Positions 29,969 through 38,807 of a DNA stretch of 64,000 nt are shown here, in pieces. The DNA comes from an uncultured Christensenella sp. (lineage in GTDB: Bacteria > Bacillota > Clostridia > Christensenellales > UBA1242). The notes below the pieces were generated by a model. That model saw only the letters and a program-made list of their open reading frames with translations. It ran no database searches and had not been told where the DNA came from. Every line of letters begins with the position of its first letter. The stretch's first letter is position 1. The position numbers and the translations under genes were made by a program. The DNA lies in the NCBI GenBank assembly GCA_964455585.1, contig CAYVXW010000001.1, forward strand, positions 28,248 to 92,247, written 5' to 3'.

Positions 29969-31591
29969 TTAATCAAATATATCTAGTAGTGCGTCCGCTT
30001 CGCTTAGTGGCACCATTTCAATTTCAGGTGGAGGCTCAGGCAATGGCTCGTCATCCACTTTAGCGCTTTCCATTTTTTGACTAGGCTCGCTTGTCACTCC
30101 CCCAACGGCTTCCAAAAGTTCCGCCTCATCATCCAAAGGAATTGCCTCAAGAGGTTCATCCTTTTTATCCGCTCTTGCTTCCTCTCTTTCTTCTTTTGTA
30201 AGTGGTGCGCTCTCCACCAAACTTTGTTCGTTTGCGTCTTTATCCAAGTTTAAGAACGAAGTAATACTGCCCACCCACTTGGTCTTAATAGTATCGGTCT
30301 TGCCCGCTCTATTCTTGGCAATAATAATTTCGGCAAGCCCCGAAAGCCTTTCGGCTTCGGATGCGTCTTTGTACATATCAGGTCTATAAATAAAGAGTAC
30401 CATATCGGCGTCTTGCTCAATAGAACCCGATTCTCTTAGGTCACTAATAATTGGCCTATGGTCGGTTCTTTTTTCGCTCTCTCTGCTCAATTGTGATAGT
30501 AGCAAAATTGGAACCTCAAGTTCTCTGGCAGCCATCTTCAATGTTCTAGTAATAGTAGAAATTTCTTGCGTTCTATTTTCAATTTTACCATCCCCTTGCA
30601 TAAGTTGAAGGTAGTCAATCATTATAAAGTCTAGCCCTCTTTCACGCTTTAGTTTTCTACATTTTCCAAGGATGTCCATTGGACCTTTTGAGAACCCTTC
30701 ATCTATGTATATGCTTGCCTCGCTAAGTTTTTTGCTTGCGGCAACCACCGACTTCCATTCCTTTTCGTTCATTTCGCCCTTTAGTGCTTTTGAACTATCT
30801 ACATATGCAAGACTACATATCGACCTACTTGCAATTTCCTCTTTGCTCATTTCGAGCGAGAAAATGGCACATTTTTTCCCACACTTAACGGCAGCGTGGT
30901 TTATCATATTCATACCCAAACTTGTTTTTCCGTGACCCGGACGGGCGGCAATTAGAATAAGTTGACCCTTTTGGAAACCATTGGTAATTTTATCAATCCC
31001 ATAAATTCCACTAGGCACACCCTTAATAACACCCTTGTTGTTTTGAAGTTCTTCAAAATTTACAATCGCATTGCTAACCGCCTCTTTCATATGCGAAAAT
31101 CCGCCACGCGAATCTTTTTCGCCAATTGCAAAAATGTTTTGTTCGGCATAAGAAAGTGCGTCCTCTTTTTGCACGTCCTCATATGCTTTGTTAATAATGT
31201 CTTGACCGGCGTAAATAAGTTCCCTAAGCACACTATTATTTTTTACAATGTCCATATAACTAGCATAATTGCTTGCACTAGGAATAATGTTTGTAAGGGT
31301 AATCAAATAATCCACCCCACCCACGCTTTCAAGCATTTCGTTCTTTTCCAAATTTTCCGTCAAGGACACAAAGTCAATAGGTGCGTTTTTAAGGAAAATT
31401 TTATACATGGCCTCAAAAATAATCTTGTGAGGTTGCGAATAAAAGTCGTTTTCTTTAAGTGTTGACATAATGCTAAAAGCGGCGTCTTGGTCAATAAGTG
31501 CACATCCAAGCACACATTGCTCTGCCTCAATGCTATGAGGTAGCACCCTTCCGTCACTAACTTTTTTAGGATTTACATCAGTTTTCTTCAT
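29969..31591 (-). CDS. dnaB: Replicative DNA helicase DnaB with an acidic/Pro-rich C-terminal extension
   Basis: The N-terminal LPHSIEAEQCVLG, Walker A ARPGHGKTS, Walker B FIMIDYLQL and Arg-finger region are present. About 90 extra C-terminal residues are rich in D/E/P. Confidence 0.9.
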   Translation of the reverse strand: MKKTDVNPKKVSDGRVLPHSIEAEQCVLGCALIDQDAAFSIMSTLKENDFYSQPHKIIFEAMYKIFLKNAPIDFVSLTENLEKNEMLESVGGVDYLITLTNIIPSASNYASYMDIVKNNSVLRELIYAGQDIINKAYEDVQKEDALSYAEQNIFAIGEKDSRGGFSHMKEAVSNAIVNFEELQNNKGVIKGVPSGIYGIDKITNGFQKGQLILIAARPGHGKTSLGMNMINHAAVKCGKKCAIFSLEMSKEEIASRSICSLAYVDSSKALKGEMNEKEWKSVVAASKKLSEASIYIDEGFSKGPMDILGKCRKLKRERGLDFIMIDYLQLMQGDGKIENRTQEISTITRTLKMAARELEVPILLLSQLSRESEKRTDHRPIISDLRESGSIEQDADMVLFIYRPDMYKDASEAERLSGLAEIIIAKNRAGKTDTIKTKWVGSITSFLNLDKDANEQSLVESAPLTKEEREEARADKKDEPLEAIPLDDEAELLEAVGGVTSEPSQKMESAKVDDEPLPEPPPEIEMVPLSEADALLDIFD

Positions 31592-31593
31592 TT

Positions 31594-32037
31594 CTAGCCT
31601 CTCTTACTCTTTTTTGCTTTTGCAGTCTTTTCGGTTGACTTTTCGTTTTCGGTAGACGATATATCTTCCACGACCTCTATCACCTCGGACGAATCCATTT
31701 TTGCTTCTTTCTTAGCCTTTTCCTCTTCTCTAATTTTTTTGTAACTATCTTCTAGGATTTGTTTTTTACGCTCGTTCACATACTCTCTAGCACGCCTTTT
31801 TGCTTCTATTTTTGCGTCTTTTTTGGCATAAATCTTTTTTGCAATTACATTTCCAATCAAAATAAACGCCACCAAAATAACGCAATCAAGTAGCACAATA
31901 AGCCACCTAATGTTAATGTATTTGTATGCAAAAATATTAAATAACACCATTGGCACAAAGGCAATTAGGAATATAAGTCCATACTTTCCAAATCCCCTTT
32001 TCATATCCCTTTTGTCGAAAAAATATCTATTCGCCAC
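31594..32037 (-). CDS. Hypothetical membrane protein with Lys/Glu-rich tail
   Basis: Two TM helices followed by a charged KKDAKIEAKRRAREY...KAKKSKRG tail. Confidence 0.45.
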   Translation of the reverse strand: MANRYFFDKRDMKRGFGKYGLIFLIAFVPMVLFNIFAYKYINIRWLIVLLDCVILVAFILIGNVIAKKIYAKKDAKIEAKRRAREYVNERKKQILEDSYKKIREEEKAKKEAKMDSSEVIEVVEDISSTENEKSTEKTAKAKKSKRG

Positions 32038-32944
32038 TTCTTTCCACTTCCTCTTTAGTCACCCTAACGGTAACTTTGTTCTTTGCGTTTTTGCCCATTC
32101 TAAATAACAAGAATACAACAACACCCGTCGATACAACAAGTGCAACCACATACCAAGGAACAACCTTTGGAGCAACTTTGTAAATTTCCATTTTGAAGTC
32201 CTCATCCTTGTCACTTAGGTTCCAATACATCAAGTTTAGCCCCTTGTACTCTTCACTCTCATCGGCGTTGCTATAAAGTTTTGTGTCGGGATAAGTAAAC
32301 ACTTGCGACACTTCCAAATCGCTTAGGTCATAGTGATTGTTTGTAAGGTTGCGGTAGTTGGCATATAGCGTGTCAAAATCAACATATTCGTCGTTCTCTA
32401 CACCTTGCATATTTTTAATAAAGCCTTGGTCTTGCACTCTTGAATATTTGTACAAAAATATTCCCATATCGCCCGTGCTATATTCATTAAGAAGCATTTC
32501 GCTAAGGAATGGACCCACATCGGTCATTGCTTTCTCTAGTTCCTGTCCATCAACAGTTACTATTCCATAAAACAATCCGAACATTTGCCAGTCGGAAAAT
32601 TCCACCGAAAATGATAGTTCGTTTTGGGTTTCAGTTTGGTTTACTGTTATGCCCGTTTGAACCCTTAACGCTAGTTCGGGATATTCCCCCACATCAAAGC
32701 ACTCCTTCCAACTTTCAATATGCTCCCTAAAGTTCTTAAAGTCCTCTAGGACATACGACTTCGCTTGGGTCAAAGTTGTGCCCGCCTTGTTTATTTTGCT
32801 TTCGTCAAGAGATACAACAAGTTTGTCTACAATGGATCCGTTTCCGTTTACCGTTCTTAGGTATTGCACACTAGCACAACCGCATAGCGAAAACATAGCC
32901 ACAAAAACTAGTGCAATTGCCAATAACATTTTCTTAGCCCTCAT
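32027..32944 (-). CDS. Hypothetical lipoprotein with a C-terminal TM helix
   Basis: Signal peptide ending in the lipobox-like SLCGC, and a C-terminal helix WYVVALVVSTGVVVFLLF. Confidence 0.5.
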   Translation of the reverse strand: MRAKKMLLAIALVFVAMFSLCGCASVQYLRTVNGNGSIVDKLVVSLDESKINKAGTTLTQAKSYVLEDFKNFREHIESWKECFDVGEYPELALRVQTGITVNQTETQNELSFSVEFSDWQMFGLFYGIVTVDGQELEKAMTDVGPFLSEMLLNEYSTGDMGIFLYKYSRVQDQGFIKNMQGVENDEYVDFDTLYANYRNLTNNHYDLSDLEVSQVFTYPDTKLYSNADESEEYKGLNLMYWNLSDKDEDFKMEIYKVAPKVVPWYVVALVVSTGVVVFLLFRMGKNAKNKVTVRVTKEEVERSGE

Positions 32945-33143
32945 ATCTCTCCTTACAAACCAAAATCGTTTACAATATATATTTTAACAAATTGCAACTT
33001 AATTTACAATAGATTACGCCCAAAAATAAAAATAAATATGCAAACAATTTTCGCCCAACAACGGATAAAAGGTTTGCTTTTAATTAAAAACTAATATATA
33101 ATTATCTAGTAATAATATGTTTAAGGACGGATAAAAAGAAAAT

Positions 33144-33824
33144 ATGGAATTAAAACAAGTAACAACCCTAGCAAACGGAAGGTACCTAATATCCAATATG
33201 AAAACTGACAAAACCGCAATAATTCGTAGCGGACTTCTCAGTTCTTTTTCCGTAGGCGCACTGGGTTCAACGTATAACGAAAAAGTATATTTCGACACCC
33301 CCGACTTCTTCTTTGCCGAAAAAGGTATTAATATCTACACCGTTACAATCAACGGCTCCGCCAAAGAACTAGTCATAAAGTACGACAAAGAATCAGTTAA
33401 AAGAATCGAATTTCTAAAGAATATGCCAACTTATTTCAAAGTGCCAATTGGCAAAAACGACGGAATTGGAAAGTACTATAACGAAATAATCGAGGCTATC
33501 TACAAGATTTTCCCTATGGGCATAAACGCAAATATCGAAGACTACCTAAAAATGTCTTCCCCACAAATCAAAGTTTTCAAAAAGCGTGATAGTTATAGGG
33601 TCGTAAACAATACCGGATTAAAAATGGTTATGTCGTTTGACATAAGCGAATATACCCAAGTGTCCAAGCGTGGAAAGTTCACTCAACCAACCATTGACAT
33701 AGTTTGCGAAACCGCAAGGAACTCGGGCGACTTTGATATTTTCCTAAAGTCCGTCATCCGCGACTTCCCTCAACTTATCAAAATCGAAAGCAACGAACTA
33801 ACCCTCGCAAGAAATAATTTGTAA
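33144..33824 (+). CDS. Hypothetical protein, possibly CYTH-like
   Basis: VYFDTPDFFFAEKGINIY...KELVIKYD resembles the CYTH YFDTPD...LRIR region. This is a weak, by-eye call. Confidence 0.35.
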   Translation: MELKQVTTLANGRYLISNMKTDKTAIIRSGLLSSFSVGALGSTYNEKVYFDTPDFFFAEKGINIYTVTINGSAKELVIKYDKESVKRIEFLKNMPTYFKVPIGKNDGIGKYYNEIIEAIYKIFPMGINANIEDYLKMSSPQIKVFKKRDSYRVVNNTGLKMVMSFDISEYTQVSKRGKFTQPTIDIVCETARNSGDFDIFLKSVIRDFPQLIKIESNELTLARNNL

Positions 33825-33839
33825 AAAATCACAAAGAAG

Positions 33840-33864
33840 GTGCCAATATACTGGCACTTTTTTT
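33840..33864 (+). terminator. Rho-independent terminator
   Basis: GTGCCA-atatac-TGGCAC followed by TTTTTTT. Confidence 0.7.
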
Positions 33865-33874
33865 GATACAACGA

Positions 33875-34030
33875 CATAGATATACTGTCATTCTGAGTGG
33901 GCGTAGCCCCGAAGAATCTCGAACGTGCAACCTATACCCGTGTCTTCCCGAGAGAGCATAAGCGAACCGAGTGTATCTATTAAAATCATCCTTATATGTC
34001 ATTCTGAAGCGAAGCGAAGAATCTCTATTT
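33875..34030 (+). repeat. Two H-hairpin repeats plus a truncated M-module tail (locus A)
   Basis: TGTCATTCTGAG-tGGGCgtaGCCCc-GAAGAATCTC lies at 33886-33920 and TGTCATTCTGAAGCGAAGCGAAGAATCTC at 33997-34025. The linker GTATCTATTAAAATCATCCTTAT is shared with 44847-44870. Confidence 0.7.
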
Positions 34031-34098
34031 CCAGTCATCCGCTTGCAAAAAACACACCAACTTATTCCACATATATTGGTTTCGTTCAAAACATTGTC

Positions 34099-34467
34099 AA
34101 GAGGCAAGGAACTACAAAAAAATCTAGCACGAGTTTACTTATCGTAAATGACTGCTAGATTTTTTTGTAAGTGACACCGCATATTGCGGTGTTTTGGACG
34201 AAAACCCGTTTAGTGGCAAAATGAAATGCTAGGCGAGGCTCGAAAAATAAAAAAGGCTTCACAAACGAACTTGCGTTCATATGGTGTCTTTTTTAACTTT
34301 TTAGAAACAATGCATACTGATATAATACACCTCACCCCCGTTTAGTGGCAAAATGAAGTGCTAGGCGAGGCTCAATAAAAAAATCCAGTGGGAGTTTACT
34401 AAGCGTAAATGACTACTGGATTTTTTTATTAGAAACGAAGCATAGTGCTTCATTTTGCCACTAAACG
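34099..34467. repeat. Three tandem T-elements (A-run/stem/T-run hairpins with conserved flanks), locus A
   Basis: Copies are A1 at 34099-34195, A2 at 34205-34330 (degenerate) and A3 at 34339-34467. Shared flanks are AAAATGAAGtgcTAGGCGAGGCTC on the left and AGAAACGAAGCATAgTGC on the right. A3 has a 20-bp perfect outer stem. Confidence 0.7.
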
Positions 34468-34775
34468 TCAATGCCTTCGGCCTTAAGCATCTTATAATAC
34501 TCCTCAAACACCGCATCAATAATGCCGTCATCCTCAACGATAACTAGGCAATCTTCGTCGTCGATTTCTTCGATACAAAATACTAGGGCTTCGTCTTCGG
34601 CTACGCCTTCCATATCGGCTACAGGTTTAAGAATTGCATAAACCTTTTCGTCGATAGGAACTAGCGCGATTTGTTCAAACTCTACTTCCTCATTTTGTTC
34701 ATTGAATAGTTTGATATTTTCGGTGTTGTTTTCATCCAAAAGCATATCAATAGGTGATAAAAATTCCTCTGCCAT
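34461..34775 (-). CDS. DUF1292 family protein
   Basis: Acidic ~104-aa protein (FEQIALVPIDEKVYAILKPV...ALVFCIEE) downstream of ruvX. The start is set at MAEEF (34775), which has a GGGAGA RBS. Confidence 0.75.
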   Translation of the reverse strand: MAEEFLSPIDMLLDENNTENIKLFNEQNEEVEFEQIALVPIDEKVYAILKPVADMEGVAEDEALVFCIEEIDDEDCLVIVEDDGIIDAVFEEYYKMLKAEGIDV

Positions 34776-34797
34776 TTTAAAATTCTCCCTTAAAAAA

Positions 34798-35229
34798 TTA
34801 TTTTTTGTAATGTGCATCTAGATAGTCTTGCAAAATTATCGTTGCCGAAAGTTTGTCAAGAACTTGTTTTCGTTTTTTTCTAGACACATCGGCAGAGATA
34901 AGAATTTTTTCTGCCGAAACGGATGTTAGGCGTTCGTCAAGATACTCAATTTTGGCATCGGTATACTCCCCCAAAATTGACGCAAACTCATAGGTTTTTT
35001 CCACCCTAACACCACTGGAACCATCCATATTAAGGGGCAAGCCTAGAACGATAACTTTGACATTATTATCTTTGGCGATAGATGCAATATGTTTGCAATC
35101 CTCATCCAAAGACTTTCGGGTATAGTTCTCATAGCCTGTGGCTAAAAACCTAGTCACGTCACTAAGTGCAATACCAATTCTAACATCGCCATAATCTAGC
35201 GCCATAACCTTATAATATGTACTTTCCAT
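34798..35229 (-). CDS. ruvX: YqgF/RuvX pre-16S rRNA nuclease (Holliday junction resolvase-like)
   Basis: VMALDYGDVRIGIALSD N-terminus, GLPLNMDGS motif and ~140 aa length. Confidence 0.85.
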   Translation of the reverse strand: MESTYYKVMALDYGDVRIGIALSDVTRFLATGYENYTRKSLDEDCKHIASIAKDNNVKVIVLGLPLNMDGSSGVRVEKTYEFASILGEYTDAKIEYLDERLTSVSAEKILISADVSRKKRKQVLDKLSATIILQDYLDAHYKK

Positions 35230-35313
35230 AGTTTAATCTTAGCACAACTTTCCAATTTTTCAAAAGAAAATAAGCAAAGAAAATGCATTTTTAAAACTTT
35301 TTTGTAAACAAAC

Positions 35314-35454
35314 CTATTCCATAATTTGTTTAACTTTGTCTTTTACTGCCTTTTTGCCCTTTTCGACCACCTTTTGTGCTTGGGAATTGTTGGAAACAAG
35401 GAGTGCACCTGCAATAAATCCAAGTGCCATACCAATCATAACACAGTCTTTCAT
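35314..35454 (-). CDS. Small (46 aa) membrane protein, YtxH-like; not in the ORF track
   Basis: My own translation is MKDCVMIGMALGFIAGALLVSNNSQAQKVVEKGKKAVKDKVKQIME. AGGAGG lies 5 nt upstream of the ATG. The protein has one TM helix and a Lys-rich amphipathic tail. Confidence 0.45.
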   Translation of the reverse strand: MKDCVMIGMALGFIAGALLVSNNSQAQKVVEKGKKAVKDKVKQIME

Positions 35455-35532
35455 ATAAACCTCCTAATTTGATATGCCTTATTTTTTGTTAAAACCCCTT
35501 GTTTTATACCACTCCCCCATATCCAATTAGTG

Positions 35533-35571
35533 GAAAAGAAAAACAACAAGGCAAAAACTACACCTTGTTGT
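35533..35571 (-). terminator. Terminator downstream of the IscU-like gene
   Basis: ACAACAAGG/CCTTGTTGT 9-bp stem with a T-rich run on the minus strand. Confidence 0.5.
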
Positions 35572-35579
35572 AATAAGTG

Positions 35580-37235
35580 TTACTTTTTAAATAGCCAACC
35601 AAATAGTCCTTTTTTGGAGCCACGTTCTTCTTTTTCTTTAACCTCTTTTGCAATATCCTTGCTCTTTGGTTCTCTTTCTACAAAGACATCTTCCTGTGGA
35701 GCCTTTGGGGTCGCTTTTGGGGTTGTGGTCTTCTTTTCCTTTGAAGTAGTTGGCAATGTTTTTAAAGCGGACACCGATGAAGCGTTCCCCTCTCTAATCC
35801 TATGCAAACTATCCCTCATTGACGAAAAACTAGTAAGCGTGCTTGCCTTGTCCACAGTCTTGCCATTTACCGACTTAGAGACGGTCGTGGCGGTGTGGGC
35901 TTCGACCGAATTAATTTTACTCTTGGACGAATTTAGCCTATTTAGCATATCGCTAAGATTGCTAGCCGTGTGGATGTGTTTGTGAGCGTCCTCGCCCTCG
36001 GCACTAAGCCTCATCGCACTCAACTTTTCGCCCTTAACTTCGGTGGTTTCGCCATTTTTTACAACCGTTTGGACACGGGTTTTCTTTTCAACCGTTTGAA
36101 CAATAACCTTTGTGCCAGTTGTTGTGTCGTTTGTTGGAATTCCGTCCGAAACAATAACTTCGTCTTCGGCAATTTGGGTTGGAACACTTACTTTTGTGTC
36201 CACTTTTTCTTCATCACCATGGTCTTTGATAACCGCCAAATGAACACTCTTTATTCTCTCTCCCGTTGCCTCGTCGATTATTACATTCTTGTTTTCAATA
36301 ACGGATTGGGTGTCAACGGCTTTTGGGCTCGACTTAGGCGTAGACGCTTTTTTTGTAGCAACTTTTGTCGCAACTTTTTCTTCTTTTGAAGCCTTTGAAC
36401 TTGAAGCCTTAGCAACCTTTGTGGTCTTGGATGTAGTTGCGCTCACGGCTTCTTTTGTGGCCTTTTTGGACGCCTTTTGGACTAGCGATTTTGGTTCTTC
36501 TTTTGCCACTTTTTCGCTTAGTTTCTTAGCCTCTTTTCCTACTTTCTTGGCTTCTTTCTTTGCTTTTTTGTCAAGCACTATTTCTTCTTTTTCAAGTTTT
36601 GCATTTTGGGTTTTTACGCTTGAAATAGCGGTCTTGGATTTTGTGTTCTTAGTAACCTTTGTGGTTGTCGACACGGTCACAGTTTTGTCCACGACCTCCT
36701 CTTTGCTAGAAACCTCGATATGCGTTTTTGAGTTGCGTGCGGATTTTTTGGAAGTATCCACCAAAATGCCGTTTAGCCCGTCGTTTACACTTGACTTGGT
36801 AGTGGTTCTAGATTTTTTTACTTCGGTTTTGACGGTTTCGACAACCTCGCAAGGAACAACTTTGCCTTGCTCAAGCGCCTTTCTATATTTCTTTACAAGC
36901 AACGCAAAAGTGCCTAAAATAAGCGGATAAATATGATGACGGCTTTCGTCAAGTTTTGCAAAAGCCACAAGGTCTTTTTCTTTTATCTTAAGTGCTTCGT
37001 CCACCGTTTTGCCCTCGGCAATTTCGCAAAAATATGAGCAAAGTGCGGTAAAGTATGAGCATCCCGAGCACTTGAAACTTATGGCTTGGATGACATCGTT
37101 TTTGTTTATTTGAGCATAGAACTTAACAATATCGCCATAAGGGTTTTTCTTGGTCATAGCAGAAGCATTGCTATTTTTCAAAACCTTTAGGTATGTCAAG
37201 TTATTTAGTCTATCTATTATTTTTTGGTTATACAT
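35580..37235 (-). CDS. IscU/NifU-N-like domain protein with a ~420-aa low-complexity tail and an amphipathic C-terminus
   Basis: The N-terminal ~130 aa align by eye to IscU (YNQKIIDRL..., NPYGD, SGCSYF, KTVDEALKI, RHHIY). The gene is immediately downstream of nifS. The rest is K/T/S/V/E-rich and ends in KKGLFGWLFKK. Confidence 0.65.
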   Translation of the reverse strand: MYNQKIIDRLNNLTYLKVLKNSNASAMTKKNPYGDIVKFYAQINKNDVIQAISFKCSGCSYFTALCSYFCEIAEGKTVDEALKIKEKDLVAFAKLDESRHHIYPLILGTFALLVKKYRKALEQGKVVPCEVVETVKTEVKKSRTTTKSSVNDGLNGILVDTSKKSARNSKTHIEVSSKEEVVDKTVTVSTTTKVTKNTKSKTAISSVKTQNAKLEKEEIVLDKKAKKEAKKVGKEAKKLSEKVAKEEPKSLVQKASKKATKEAVSATTSKTTKVAKASSSKASKEEKVATKVATKKASTPKSSPKAVDTQSVIENKNVIIDEATGERIKSVHLAVIKDHGDEEKVDTKVSVPTQIAEDEVIVSDGIPTNDTTTGTKVIVQTVEKKTRVQTVVKNGETTEVKGEKLSAMRLSAEGEDAHKHIHTASNLSDMLNRLNSSKSKINSVEAHTATTVSKSVNGKTVDKASTLTSFSSMRDSLHRIREGNASSVSALKTLPTTSKEKKTTTPKATPKAPQEDVFVEREPKSKDIAKEVKEKEERGSKKGLFGWLFKK

Positions 37236-37238
37236 AGT

Positions 37239-38405
37239 CTACCTCTTTTTAGATTTTAGTGGGCTTTGTTTTCTAAGCCTAGTAACTTCGCTTGCCAAAG
37301 TTCTTACAACATAGTCAATATCGTCTTTTGTAATATCCAAATCAAACGAAAATCTAATTGTTCCCCTAACTTCATCGTCACTAAGCCCCATTGCACTAAG
37401 CACGTGGCTTTTTTCTAGCGAGCCCGACGCACAAGCCGAACCAGTGGAACAAGCAATCCCCTTCATATCTAGCATCGTAACAAGGCTTTCGCCCTCAACG
37501 CCTCTAAATGTAACCGACACAATGCTATTAGATTTTTGGTTAAAGTTTCCATTAAACTTGATGTCGTCAATTTCATACTCAACTTTCTTTATAAAATAGT
37601 TAGAAAGTTCAAACATCTTTTTCTCTTTTAGTTCTAGTTCTCTATCGTTTAGTTCAACGGCTTTTCCAAAACCAACAACCGCTGGAACATTGACTGTGCC
37701 ACCACGCTTGTTCATTTCTTGCTCGCCACCAATCATAAACTTTCCTATCTTTACACCATTTCTTACATATAGTGCCCCCGCACCCTTTGGTCCGTGGACT
37801 TTGTGCGACGAAATGCTAAGTAGGTCAACGCCAAGTTCGTCTACATTAATCTTAAACGCAGGCAAGGTTTGAACACCATCAACGTGGAAATACGCACCAT
37901 AAAACCTTGCAATTTCGCTAATGGCTTTGATGTTTTGGATGGTCCCAACCTCGTTGTTTACGCCAATAATCGAAACAATTGTAGTCTCGGGATTGATTTC
38001 GTGAAGAAGGTCGGGAATAGACACCATTCCATTGCCATCAACCGGCAAATAAGTTACTCTAAAGCCCTCTTTTTCAAGTTGTTTGCAAGTGTCCAAAACA
38101 CTATGGTGCTCAATTGCACTGGTTATAATATGCTTACCTTTTGAAATGTTTGCATAAGCAACTCCCCTAAGTGCCCAGTTGTTGGCTTCCGTGCCACCAC
38201 AAGTAAAGAACACTTCATTAGGCTTTGCACCAATGGTCTTTGCAATAATATCCCTTGCTTCGTCAACGCCCGCAACCGCCTCTCTTCCAAAAGAGTGTAG
38301 GCTAGCACTATTGCCATAAATGGAAGTAAAGTATGGCATCATTTCTTGCAAAACTTCGCCATTTACCATTGTTGTTGCCGCCGAATCTAAATAAACTTTT
38401 TTCAT
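37239..38405 (-). CDS. nifS: Cysteine desulfurase NifS/IscS type
   Basis: PLP-Lys context [15 protein letters not shown] and active-site loop STGSACASG. Confidence 0.9.
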   Translation of the reverse strand: MKKVYLDSAATTMVNGEVLQEMMPYFTSIYGNSASLHSFGREAVAGVDEARDIIAKTIGAKPNEVFFTCGGTEANNWALRGVAYANISKGKHIITSAIEHHSVLDTCKQLEKEGFRVTYLPVDGNGMVSIPDLLHEINPETTIVSIIGVNNEVGTIQNIKAISEIARFYGAYFHVDGVQTLPAFKINVDELGVDLLSISSHKVHGPKGAGALYVRNGVKIGKFMIGGEQEMNKRGGTVNVPAVVGFGKAVELNDRELELKEKKMFELSNYFIKKVEYEIDDIKFNGNFNQKSNSIVSVTFRGVEGESLVTMLDMKGIACSTGSACASGSLEKSHVLSAMGLSDDEVRGTIRFSFDLDITKDDIDYVVRTLASEVTRLRKQSPLKSKKR

Positions 38406-38502
38406 TTCGTTACCTCGTAAAATTAAGTTTTAAAAAATACTAGTAATATATTAAAACAAAAAAGCGACTATGTCAATAGCCACTTTAAAAATTTAATTAA
38501 AA

Positions 38503-38805
38503 TTATTTAATTACTTCCAATATTTTTGCCTCAGTTGTAAGCCCAACAAAGGTTGAAACCTCTTTTCCGTCTTTAAAAACTTTGATTGTTGGCACTGCCA
38601 TAACCCTATATTCTTTTGTTAATTCATCGTTTTCGTCAATGTCAACTAGTGCCAATTTTACATTTTGTTCGTCTGATATTTTATGTAGAACAGGTGACAT
38701 CATTTTGCACGGCATACACCACGTTCCATAAAAATCTACAATAACAGTGCCATTGTACTCAAGCACTTCTTTTTCAAAATTTTCGTTTGTTATATTTACT
38801 TCCAT
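38503..38805 (-). CDS. trxA: Thioredoxin
   Basis: WCMPC active site and ~100 aa length. The start is set at MEVNIT (38805), which has an AAAGGAG RBS. The ORF-track N-terminal extension overlaps the upstream gene. Confidence 0.85.
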   Translation of the reverse strand: MEVNITNENFEKEVLEYNGTVIVDFYGTWCMPCKMMSPVLHKISDEQNVKLALVDIDENDELTKEYRVMAVPTIKVFKDGKEVSTFVGLTTEAKILEVIK

Positions 38806-38807
38806 AT

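Noticed and set aside
33886-33920. Hammerhead ribozyme core in the H-hairpins (CUGA ... stem ... GAA)
   Set aside because: The sequence reads CUGAGUG or CUGAAGC where the invariant core is CUGANGA. GAAG replaces GAAA. No stem I/III arrangement with a cleavage-site triplet can be drawn. At least two invariant core positions are wrong in every copy.
33829-34158. ORF-track ORFs 33829-34107 (-) and 33925-34158 (+) as protein genes
   Set aside because: They overlap each other on opposite strands and have no RBS. They are made of the H-hairpin and T-element repeats. Their peptides (RDSSLRFRMT, CHSEAKRRIS) recur at locus B only because the DNA repeat recurs.
34339-34467. Integron attC sites (imperfect palindromes of about the right size)
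   Set aside because: The arms read GTTTAGT at the left and ACTAAAC at the right, which is the opposite arrangement to attC (RYYYAAC ... GTTRRRY). There are no cassette ORFs between the copies and no intI gene.
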